This document shows positions 1 to 8,894 of a stretch of DNA of 64,000 nt, piece by piece (the first letter of the stretch is position 1; every line of letters begins with the position of its first letter). Made by a program: the position numbers and the translations under genes. The stretch is from an uncultured Gemmatimonadales bacterium (GTDB lineage Bacteria > Gemmatimonadota > Gemmatimonadetes > Gemmatimonadales > Gemmatimonadaceae), in contig CAWBZV010000003.1 in assembly GCA_963793305.1 (NCBI GenBank), positions 224,001 through 288,000 on the forward strand. The letters run 5' to 3'. The notes under the pieces were generated by a model that saw only the letters and a program-made list of their open reading frames with translations, made no database searches and had not been told where the DNA came from.

Positions 1-2
1 TC

Positions 3-1157
3 GTCGGCGAGGAGCCGTGGTTCCCGAAGGTGCCTGGCATGAGCTCGTTGCGCCTCCGCGGCGCGTACGGCGAGTCTGGCCAACGCCCCGCGTTCCTGCA
101 AGCGCAAACGTTCTACAACCCTATCGCGCAGTCACGCCTTGGCGTCAACGAAGGCGGATTGAGCGTCGGCGGCTTCGGCTTCACGAGCCTCAAGCCCGAG
201 ATCTCACGCGAGATCGAAGGCGGATTGGACGCCGGATTCTTCAAGGATCGCATCAACGTCACGTTCACGGCCTACAACAAGACCACGAGCGACGCGCTGA
301 TCCAGGTCCAGGAAGCGCCGGACGTCTGCGGCAACAACTTCGTCACCGTGGAGCAATGCCAGCTCTTCCAGAACCTGGGTGAGGTCAACAACAACGGGTT
401 CGAGCTCGGGGTGAGCGGCGTCGTCGTCGACACGAAGCCATTCCGGTTCGACATGTCCGTCAATGGGTCGGAGAACAACAATAAGCTGCTCAAGCTGGGC
501 CTGTCCGCGCCGATCTTCTTCAACGCGGCGCAGAACGGCAACGTCCAGCAATTCAGCGAGGGACATCCCCTCGGCGTGTACTACGCCATACCGTATACGT
601 ACAACCATCATCCCGCCGGCGGCATCCTCACGCCGAACGATCTCACGCTCGGCACCAACCCGGTGTACCTCGGCAGCCCGAATCCCAAGGGTGAGTGGAC
701 GCTGGCGCCGGAGTTCACGTTCTTCGGCATCGTCAAGGTGAACTCCACGTTCGACCGACGGTACGGCAGCCGGACTCTCAACGAGACCGAGGAGTTCCGG
801 TGCTTCGCGTCATTCCTGTGCAGCGCGCAGTACAACCCGCACGCGACACTCCAGGCGCAGGCGGCGTACCTCGGCGCGCAAGAAGGCACGGACTTCGGCT
901 ACATCGAGAACAACGCGTTCTGGAAGTGGCGCGAGCTCTCGGTGACGCTCATGGTCCCAGAACGATTCGTCCGCCGGACCCCGTTCTCGACGCTCAACAT
1001 CCAGCTCGCCGAGCGCAACGTGGCAACGTGGACCAAGTACTCCGGGTTTGACCCGGAGATCAACTTCATCTCCACCGGGTCGAACTTCACGACGGCGGAT
1101 TTCTTGACCCAGCCGCTCGTCCGGTATCTCACCATGCGCGTCAACGTCGGTCTATGA
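3..1157 (+). CDS. SusC/RagA-family TonB-dependent receptor, C-terminal part (5' truncated by window edge)
   Basis: Frame open from base 3 (VGEEPWFPKVPGMSSLRLRGAYGESG); motifs LKPEISREIEGGLD, QNLGEVNNNGFE, YIENNAFWKWRELSVT, WTKYSGFDPE; followed by a SusD-like lipoprotein. Confidence 0.9.
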   Translation, partial: VGEEPWFPKVPGMSSLRLRGAYGESGQRPAFLQAQTFYNPIAQSRLGVNEGGLSVGGFGFTSLKPEISREIEGGLDAGFFKDRINVTFTAYNKTTSDALIQVQEAPDVCGNNFVTVEQCQLFQNLGEVNNNGFELGVSGVVVDTKPFRFDMSVNGSENNNKLLKLGLSAPIFFNAAQNGNVQQFSEGHPLGVYYAIPYTYNHHPAGGILTPNDLTLGTNPVYLGSPNPKGEWTLAPEFTFFGIVKVNSTFDRRYGSRTLNETEEFRCFASFLCSAQYNPHATLQAQAAYLGAQEGTDFGYIENNAFWKWRELSVTLMVPERFVRRTPFSTLNIQLAERNVATWTKYSGFDPEINFISTGSNFTTADFLTQPLVRYLTMRVNVGL

Positions 1158-2519
1158 AAAAATATATCGCCTTGAGCCTCGGCCTTCTCGCGATTGCGGC
1201 GTGCAATCCGAACGCGGCCTTGAGGCCGAAAGAGAAAGGCGTCGTGACGACCATCGGCGCCTCCGCGCTGCCGGGTCTCTATATCGGCGCGCTGAACGAC
1301 TTCACCATCGCGTGGTCCGGAGGAGGAGACGGAGGGAACGGCTCACACGAAGGGGGCGTCGGCTTGTCGGCGCTCTTCACCGATGAGCTCACGTCGGAGT
1401 TCCTGGACGAGTTCACCTTCCGTCGAGCCCTCGACACGGGCCAGGCCACGCCTCAGAACACGCAGCTCTTTGGGATCTTCAACGACCTGTCGGCGTCGCG
1501 TCACTCGGCGGAGGTCGCGGCGTCGAGCTTCGCCACCCTCGCGCCGCACGACGTTCGGCCGGGCGGAAATGCTGAGCATCGAGGGATACACCTACATCCT
1601 CTTCGCCGAGATGTGGTGCTCCGGCGTGCCGTTCGGCGAGCTCAATGAGACGACCGGCGCACCGATCTACGGGTTCCCGACGACGACCGGCGGCATGGAT
1701 TCGATCGCGCTCGCGAAGTTCGACACGGCTAGCACCTTGGCCGCGGCGGACACGACCACGGAGATCCTGGGCGCGTACGCCACCAGCACCGCCGAGATCC
1801 TGGCGCTCTCTGAGGTGGGACGCGCTCGCGTGCTGCTCGATATGGGGCAGTTCGCGGCCGCGCAAGCCGCCGCCGACTCGGCCGTGTTGAACTTCCCCAC
1901 GCTCAACTACCAGATGGAGAACTCGCTCAACTCGCCGCGCCAGTACAATGGCGTGTGGCAGTACACCTTTGCCGATGACGCGTGGGGCGTCGTCGATCGG
2001 AAAGGCGGCAATGGGCTCGATTACGAGTCCGCCAACGACCCTCGCGTCCTGTGGGTCGACGGTCACCAGAACGGCTCGCTCGGTGCAACGCCGACTGGGT
2101 TCGATACCATCTACTTCCAGCTCAAGTATCCCACGAAGGAGACCTCCGCCACGTTGGCCAGCGCCACCGAAGCGACGCTCATCAGCGCCGAGGCCGATTT
2201 GCATGCCGGCAACATCGGGTCGTGGGCCAACAAGCTGAATATGCTCCGCGCGAACTCGGGACTGGCGCTGCCGCCACTCACCGCGGACTCAACGTCGCTC
2301 GCGTCGCAAGACATGCGCGTCGAGGTGCACTTCCGCGAGCGCGCGTTCTGGCTCTGGCTGACCGGGACTCGGCTCGGCGACCTACGCCGGATGATACCTG
2401 AGTACGGGCACAACGACTTTCCGGCGAACCCGACACGGGATCTCCGGTTCTCGATACCGGTGCAGGAGACGAACAACCCGCATTTCACGGCGTGTCTGGA
2501 CGTAGGGCACGAGCACTAG
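1154..2519 (+). CDS. RagB/SusD-family lipoprotein (one frameshift at ~1555)
   Basis: Lipobox LAIAAC; ORFs 1154-1648 and 1383-2519 join by removing one T (D-V-G-R-A-E-M-L); C-terminal ERAFWLWLTGTRLGDLRR SusD motif. Confidence 0.85.
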
Positions 2520-2527
2520 CAGTGAGC

Positions 2528-3334
2528 CTACCGCGACCGGCGACCGTGCAACGGGAGCCGGTCGCGGTAGGTGCGCGACAGTTTCAGGCGAGTCCCGTCG
2601 CGCAGGATCACGACGTAGTTGCCAGCGAACCACGGCTGCAACTCTTGGATGCGATCCACGTTGACGATGATCGTCCGATGGATGCGCACGAACACGGCCG
2701 GGTCGAGGGACGCTTCCAAGCCGTGCATCGTCTCGCGAAGCAACGACGCATTCTTCCCAACGTGTAGCCTGACGTAGTTGCCGGCCGCCTCGAACCAGTC
2801 GACCTCGGCCACGCGGACAAAGACAACGCGCCCGTCGCGCCGAACAGTCAGACGGGAGATGTACTTTCCGGGTCGTGGCTCGGTCGCGACGATGGACTGC
2901 TCCGGCGTCATCCCGAACTGATTCTCAACCAGCGCCTTCAGGCGCCGTCCGAGCTCGGCCGAAGAGACCTGGTCGATGTGCGCCCGCGCGCGACGAAACG
3001 CGGTCTGGAAGCGCTCGGTGTCGAACGGCTTGAGGAGATAGTCCGTGGCGTGCACCTCGAATGCCCGCACCGCGTGCGCGTCGTGCGCGGTCACGAAGAT
3101 GACCGGTGGCATAGACTCAGCGCCCACCTCGGCCACGACACCGAAGCCATCGATGTCCGGCAGCTGGACATCGAGGAGCACCAGATCGGGTGTCGCCGTG
3201 CGGATCGCGTCAATCGCGGAGCGTCCAGTCGGACACTCGGCCACGACTTCGACGTCGGGCTCCGCACTCAGTAATCGCATCAATCGCCTGCGGGCGATCG
3301 CCTCGTCATCGACAATTGCTACGCGTATGGTCAT
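2528..3334 (-). CDS. LytTR-family response regulator
   Basis: REC domain (IVDDE, LLDVQLP, FVTAH, YLLKP) plus LytTR domain (FVRIHRTIIVN, LSRTY). Confidence 0.95.
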   Translation of the reverse strand: MTIRVAIVDDEAIARRRLMRLLSAEPDVEVVAECPTGRSAIDAIRTATPDLVLLDVQLPDIDGFGVVAEVGAESMPPVIFVTAHDAHAVRAFEVHATDYLLKPFDTERFQTAFRRARAHIDQVSSAELGRRLKALVENQFGMTPEQSIVATEPRPGKYISRLTVRRDGRVVFVRVAEVDWFEAAGNYVRLHVGKNASLLRETMHGLEASLDPAVFVRIHRTIIVNVDRIQELQPWFAGNYVVILRDGTRLKLSRTYRDRLPLHGRRSR

Positions 3335-5556
3335 ATCCCCCCCAGGGGGCTATCGATCACAAACACCACCTCGTGCGCATCCACCACCCGCACCGACACC
3401 CGCTCGGTGGACAGCGCCTGCCGCGCCATCTCCGCCGCGTCATCCATCGGCTGATCTGACCGCACCGCAATGCGCGTCCCACGCGGCACCTGCGTGACGT
3501 CGATCTTGACCGTCGCCGGACCGGCGTCCTCGAGCAGGGCGCGCAGGAGCCGATTGGGGATCCGTCGCTCGCCATAGCGCTGGGCCCCAACTACTTGGAC
3601 GCGGATGCACCCCCTGCCGGTTTCAATCGTGCGTTTGAGATCCACATACGCGGTGAGCAAACTGAGCTCGCGCTCGAGCGGCAACCATGGTTCCGCCGCT
3701 GTATCGAGAGTCAACCGGAGGAGGTCCGCCAAACGCGTCGTCAGTCGCTCGGCCTGGGACGGATCGTCGTCGATGAGCGCCGAGATGATGTCGAGCGACT
3801 CGCAGACAAAGTCGGGGCGCAGGTTGACGCACAGCGACCGCCACCGCGCACGCATAATCGCGCCCTCGAGGCGCAGGCTCTCGAGCTCCCGTTCGCGGCG
3901 CCAGGCGTAGTAATCGCGGCCGTTCGACCAGGCGACGAGCGCGGCATACACGAACAAGTTCCAGATCAGCGACTGCGGTTGCTGGGCGAACCGGAAGTCC
4001 CGCGGCTCGACGTCGAGCGCGATGATCGCGCCGGTCTGAATGGCCGAGAAGACGACGGCGCCAATGACGTGAAAGAGCACGGGCCGCCATCCATCGCCGA
4101 CGCCGACTCGGACCCGCCGGGCGAGCGCGATCACCGCCGGCGTGAGTGAGGCCCATACGAGCACCAGCGCGATGTTGAGCGGGCCGAACTCGAGCATCAT
4201 GGCGACGGGATGCCCGTTCTTCCACGGCAACTCGCCCAAGTACGGTTGCAGGAACCAGAACGTGCCGAAGAGCGCCCAGCCGGCCGCGAGGAACGCCCAC
4301 TCTTTCCCGGTGAGCGGCGGCGAGGGTGAGCGTCGGACGTAGCTCGTCGCGTTCCCGTGGGGAACCGGCATCTCCGCGGTGACATTGTCCGGCGGAAGCG
4401 GCGTATCGACAATGTGGTGGCCGTTGGAATGGCCGTTGCCGTTGCCATTCGCTGATACCGCGGGCACGACGGGGGCGAGTCGATACGGGATGCGGATATC
4501 GACGCACGTACCGCCCCCCGGATTATCCCCGAGCGAAAACCAGTGCTCGGGCCCATAGAGGAAGCGCAACCGCTCCCGCACATTGCGCAACCCGATCCCT
4601 TGGCGTCGCGTGTGCGCGGCGGGCCCTTTGGCCAATCCCACGCCATCATCGCGAACGCGAATGGAAAGCCACGGGCCGTCGACGCGCGCGCTGATGCCAA
4701 CCGTGCCGGGTCCGCCGCGCGGGGTGAGCCCGTGCCGAATCGCGTTCTCGACCAGCGGCTGCAGCACGAACGGCGGCATGAGCGCCCGCCGCGCCTCGGC
4801 GTCGACGTCGGTGTCGACGGTCAGCCACTCGCTAAACCGCGCACGCTGGATCGCGACGTACGGCCCCAGCGTGTCGAGCTCTTCACCGAGCGGCACCTCG
4901 TCACGTCCGGCTTTCGCGACGGCGGAGCGGAGCAGCGACTGCAGGTCGCCGATGATGCGTCGCGCCGCGGCCGGCGCTTCGTACGCCAGCTCCGAAATGA
5001 CGTGCAGGCAGTTGAACAGGAAATGCGGCTGGAGTTGGCGCTCGAGATATCGGAGCTGCGCGCCCGAGAGCTCCGCCTCGAGCGCCGCTGCGCGGAGGGT
5101 GCGGTCCTGATACTCGCGCAGCTGATCCGCGGCTCTCGTGATGCCGATGATCACGAAGTAGAGGACGGTATCGAGATCGGCGCTCATCACGATGGTCGAG
5201 AACACGCTCGTCGCGGCGGCCGCCCCGTACATGTGGAGGATCAGGCTCTCCAGCACCGTGCGCAGCGCCGCGAACACCATCATGATCGAGCAGGCGGCAA
5301 GGAGATGGAGCGCCACGGTCCGCACCGTCGCAAACCGGCCCGTGAGCCGGCGGCGGGCGAGCCACACGACGACCGGGGTCAACGCGGCCCACGACCATGC
5401 GATGACGAGGTCGAGCAGCAGCTGCCGCTCCCAGCTCGGTTTCCGGGGCCGGGCTGAGATCAGCTGAGCGACGAACTCGAGCAGCGCGATGATCGTCCAC
5501 GCGGCGATGAGCCAGGCGGCACGCCGTGAGACGGCGGCCCGGCGCTCCGATTCCAT
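3331..5556 (-). CDS. LytS/YehU-type sensor histidine kinase with a second, degenerate TM+kinase module
   Basis: TM helices, QLQPHFLFN H-box, LQPLVENAIRHG, DDGVG, GIGLRNV; second module NLRPDFVCESL; start at 5556 chosen because TATCGT lies 6 nt upstream. Confidence 0.9.
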   Translation of the reverse strand: MESERRAAVSRRAAWLIAAWTIIALLEFVAQLISARPRKPSWERQLLLDLVIAWSWAALTPVVVWLARRRLTGRFATVRTVALHLLAACSIMMVFAALRTVLESLILHMYGAAAATSVFSTIVMSADLDTVLYFVIIGITRAADQLREYQDRTLRAAALEAELSGAQLRYLERQLQPHFLFNCLHVISELAYEAPAAARRIIGDLQSLLRSAVAKAGRDEVPLGEELDTLGPYVAIQRARFSEWLTVDTDVDAEARRALMPPFVLQPLVENAIRHGLTPRGGPGTVGISARVDGPWLSIRVRDDGVGLAKGPAAHTRRQGIGLRNVRERLRFLYGPEHWFSLGDNPGGGTCVDIRIPYRLAPVVPAVSANGNGNGHSNGHHIVDTPLPPDNVTAEMPVPHGNATSYVRRSPSPPLTGKEWAFLAAGWALFGTFWFLQPYLGELPWKNGHPVAMMLEFGPLNIALVLVWASLTPAVIALARRVRVGVGDGWRPVLFHVIGAVVFSAIQTGAIIALDVEPRDFRFAQQPQSLIWNLFVYAALVAWSNGRDYYAWRRERELESLRLEGAIMRARWRSLCVNLRPDFVCESLDIISALIDDDPSQAERLTTRLADLLRLTLDTAAEPWLPLERELSLLTAYVDLKRTIETGRGCIRVQVVGAQRYGERRIPNRLLRALLEDAGPATVKIDVTQVPRGTRIAVRSDQPMDDAAEMARQALSTERVSVRVVDAHEVVFVIDSPLGGI

Positions 5557-5662
5557 CCCGCCACGATACTGTACTGTGTGACCATTCGCCACGCGGGCGC
5601 GGTGACGAATTATTGATCACCGCGCAGGCGCTTTTCGGCCCTGCTACGCCGCTAGTTCGTCC

Positions 5663-6481
5663 CTACTTGGGCCCAGGAGTTCCGACGATCACAATGCGGC
5701 CGGTTGGCTGCGGTGCGCCGCCGGTTGGCTCCTCGCTTACCGCCACGCCTTTGAGTGCGTTGGGCGGGAGCGCGTATGTCGCGTGGACTTCGACGCTCGA
5801 ATCGGACGCTGGGGTGAATGTGCCGGCGCTGATCTTCTGCGTTGGGGTGATCAGCCAGATCTGATACGCCTTGCCCGCCGGCAGCGGGGCCACGTGATGG
5901 GCGTAGAACGCCCAGTTGTTGTTCGTCTTGTCCCAGAACATGAGCGCCGTGGCTTCGGCCGCGCCCGTCGTATTCAGCCCGACCACTTCCGTCGAGGGAC
6001 CCGTGAGGTCCTTAATCTCGCGCTGATCCTGCGCGATCTTGGCTTGGGCGGTGTCGAGTGCGGCCGTCGCGGCAGCCGCTTTCTGATTGGCCTGGGCCAA
6101 AGCCGCCGTCGTCGATCGCCCTTGGTTCAGCAGCAGGACGACAATCACGATCGCCGCCGCGAGCGCCAGCCACGTCCCCATGCTTGAACGCCGAGGGCTC
6201 TTCGGTGCTACGCTGATGTCGATTGGCGCGCGATCAGCCTGAGCCCGTGCCAGTAGCCGCATCCGAATGCGCTTGAGCCGTTGCTCGACGTCGGGCGACG
6301 CCGGAGCGCGAACCGGAGGCGTCGAGTTGCCGAGCTCCGCCATCGCCTGGCGCAAGCCCTCGAGCTCGGGCCCACACTGCGGGCACGTCGCCGCATGGGC
6401 AAGCACCGCCGCTTGCTCGTCCGCGGACAGCGCGTCGAGCGCGGCGGCGGCGAGCGATTCGCTCGCTTCGTCGTGGCTCAT
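5663..6481 (-). CDS. Anti-sigma factor (RskA-like, N-terminal zinc-finger anti-sigma motif)
   Basis: HAATCPQC (HxxxCxxC), one TM helix, C-terminal KAYQIWLI...VAVSEEPTGG..PTG; ATGA overlap with the ECF sigma gene. Confidence 0.9.
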   Translation of the reverse strand: MSHDEASESLAAAALDALSADEQAAVLAHAATCPQCGPELEGLRQAMAELGNSTPPVRAPASPDVEQRLKRIRMRLLARAQADRAPIDISVAPKSPRRSSMGTWLALAAAIVIVVLLLNQGRSTTAALAQANQKAAAATAALDTAQAKIAQDQREIKDLTGPSTEVVGLNTTGAAEATALMFWDKTNNNWAFYAHHVAPLPAGKAYQIWLITPTQKISAGTFTPASDSSVEVHATYALPPNALKGVAVSEEPTGGAPQPTGRIVIVGTPGPK

Positions 6482-7170
6482 CTCGCGCCGCCGCTCCGCG
6501 GCTCGTCGATGCGGCGCTTCGCACCGCTCGACTGGTCGGTTGACCTGCGCTCGGCTTCGCCGATCGCTGCCTCATCGTGCAACATAGACAGTCGTTCCCG
6601 TAGTTTCTGCCCGGCGAGACGCGTACGCGTCTTCACCGTGCCAAGCGGCTGACCGGTCCGCTCGGCGATCTCGGTCTGACTGAGCCCTCCGAAGTACGCC
6701 AACTCCAGCACTTCTCTCTGCTCAGGCGGCAACTCCTTGAGCGCCGCCGCCACGCGCTCGCGACGTTCCGCCTCCTCGGCGCCAGTCGCGGGATTCGGAG
6801 CCGCGCCATCCGACAGGTCGTCGACCACCGAAATCGGCGTCAGCGGCTCCTCCCGAAGCCGCCGCCGCGAGCGCAGCCGGTCGAGGGCGCGGCTCCGCGC
6901 GATCGTGACGATCCACGTCGAGACCGCGCCGCGCGAAGACTGATACCGCGAGGCCTGCCGCCACGCTTGATAGAACGTGTCCTCCACGACATCGTCGGCA
7001 TCGTCTGGGTCGCGCACCAGTCGCACCACCAGTGCATGGATTGGGCGAGACCACCGCTCGTAGAACTGCGACAGCGCTTGGGTCTCGCCCGCGCTCATAC
7101 GCCGAACGAGCTCGCGATCTTCGTCCACGTTGTCCGAAGGATACGCGGACGCGGGCGACAGCGGATTCAT
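6478..7170 (-). CDS. ECF RNA polymerase sigma factor (SigK-like); C-terminal 27 aa derive from a repeat element
   Basis: DADDVVEDTF, WIVTIARSRALD, LAYFGGLSQTEIAERTGQPLGTVKTR. Confidence 0.93.
   Translation of the reverse strand: MNPLSPASAYPSDNVDEDRELVRRMSAGETQALSQFYERWSRPIHALVVRLVRDPDDADDVVEDTFYQAWRQASRYQSSRGAVSTWIVTIARSRALDRLRSRRRLREEPLTPISVVDDLSDGAAPNPATGAEEAERRERVAAALKELPPEQREVLELAYFGGLSQTEIAERTGQPLGTVKTRTRLAGQKLRERLSMLHDEAAIGEAERRSTDQSSGAKRRIDEPRSGGAR
6487..6567 (-). repeat. Multi-hairpin repeat element, copy 1 (inside the sigma factor 3' end)
   Basis: Minus strand TCGGC-GAA-GCCGA ... CAACCGACCA GTCGA-GCGGTGC-GAA-GCGCCGC-A-TCGAC GAGCCGC-GGA-GCGGC. Confidence 0.88.
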
Positions 7171-7199
7171 CTGCTCGTAAGTATAGTACTTTTCCCCCC

Positions 7200-7985
7200 A
7201 TGACGACCCCCGCGAGCTGCCCTTCGTGCAGTGCCCCGTCGACCGGCGGCCGCTTCTGTTCTTCATGCGGCGCGCCATTCGAGGGCGCGTTGTGCGGCGC
7301 CTGTCGCTCCTCACTCTCGGCCGGCGCAAAGTTCTGTCATCGCTGCGGCGCCGCCGTCGGCTCCCGCCCTACCTCGGACCCGCGCATCTCTGCCACTCTG
7401 CCATGGGCGATCGCGTGTATTGCCGTTGTTGCATTAGTGGCACTCGTCGCCGGTCGAGGCATTGGCGCGCGCCGCTTCGCGACCGCGCAAGCAGCACCCG
7501 TTGCGGCACCGACCGACGACTCGACGCAAGAAGCACCCGTGAGAGCGCCGGATATCTCGACCATGTCTCCGGCGGAGCGAGCCGACCGGCTGTACGATCG
7601 CGTGATGCGGTTGCATAGTGAGGGGAAGGACGACAGCGTGAAGTTCTTCTCCCCGATGGTGCTGCAGGCCTATCAGATGCTCGGCCCACTCGACGCCGAT
7701 CAGCACTATGACCTGGGCCGTATCGGCGAAGTGCTCGGCATGGCGGATCTCGCCCGCGCCGAGGCCGATACGATTCTTAAAGTCCAGCCAACGCACTTAC
7801 TCGGCTTGACCTTGGCGGCGCGAGCCGCGATGCTCGACAAGCAACCGGCGAAGGCACACGATTTCTACAAGCGGCTCCTCGCCGCCGAACCCGCGGAGCG
7901 CCGCAAGGCGCTACCTGAATACGACCGTCACCGAGATGACATTGATGCCGCGGTCGCCACTGCACGCGGCGAGCTCAAAGCATGA
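7200..7985 (+). CDS. Double zinc-ribbon membrane protein with C-terminal TPR-like helices
   Basis: CPSC, CSSCG, CGAC, CHRCG motifs, a TM helix, then helical repeats; ATG at 7200. Confidence 0.8.
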   Translation: MTTPASCPSCSAPSTGGRFCSSCGAPFEGALCGACRSSLSAGAKFCHRCGAAVGSRPTSDPRISATLPWAIACIAVVALVALVAGRGIGARRFATAQAAPVAAPTDDSTQEAPVRAPDISTMSPAERADRLYDRVMRLHSEGKDDSVKFFSPMVLQAYQMLGPLDADQHYDLGRIGEVLGMADLARAEADTILKVQPTHLLGLTLAARAAMLDKQPAKAHDFYKRLLAAEPAERRKALPEYDRHRDDIDAAVATARGELKA

Positions 7986-8843
7986 CCACTATTCGCATCG
8001 CCCACAGCCCCGACTCCGACGACGCGTTCATGTTCTACGCGCTGGCCGAGGGGAAAATCGACACCGATGGGATCGTCTACATCCACGAGCTCGCGGACAT
8101 CGAGACGCTGAACCAGCGCGCGCTGCGCGGCGAGCTCGAAGTGACCGCGGCTTCGATCCACGCGTACGCGTACCTCGCCGATCGCTACGTCCTACTGCCG
8201 CACGGCGCATCGATGGGCGATCGATACGGGCCCCGGTTGGTCGCCACGAGTCAGATGTCCCGCGCCAATGTCCGCGGCAAACGCATCGCCGTCCCTGGGC
8301 CGCTGACCACGGCGTACCTGACACTCAAACTCTACGAACCGGATTTCGTCGCGCTGCAGACCCCGTTCGACAAGATCGAAGAGGCGGTGCTCAACGGGGA
8401 CGCAGACATGGGACTCCTGATCCACGAAGGCCAGCTGACGTACGCCGAGGCCGGCTTGTCGCTGGTCGAAGACATGGGCGAATGGTGGTACCAGGAGACC
8501 GGCCTGCCGCTCCCATTGGGCGGAAATGTTGTAAGAAAGGACCTAGGAGCCGACTTAATAGCGACAATATCGCGCCACTTATACGCGAGTATCTCGTATG
8601 GATTGAGCCATCAGACACAAAGCGCTCGATCATGCGATGCGATACGCGCGGGGACTCGAGAGGGAGCAGGCCGACACGTTCGTCGGCATGTACGTGAACG
8701 ACCTCACGCTCGACTACGGAGAAAAGGGACGTGAAGCCGTACGTCGGCTTCTGACGAGAGGGGTGGAGGCCGGCATCATCCCGCATCCAGTCACAGTCGA
8801 GTTCGTCGCCGATGCTGTCGATAATAGGGGTCGTGGCCAGTAA
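7982..8843 (+). CDS. mqnD: 1,4-dihydroxy-6-naphthoate synthase (futalosine menaquinone pathway), frameshift at ~8620
   Basis: IAHSPDSDDAFMFYA, LLIHEGQLTY, TGLPLPLGG; continues in another frame as ALDHAMRYARG...FVGMYVND. Confidence 0.9.
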
Positions 8844-8894
8844 ACAGTTCGTTGGCTAGCGTTACACAATGTCCCTCTCGCGGTCTAGAGCGTA

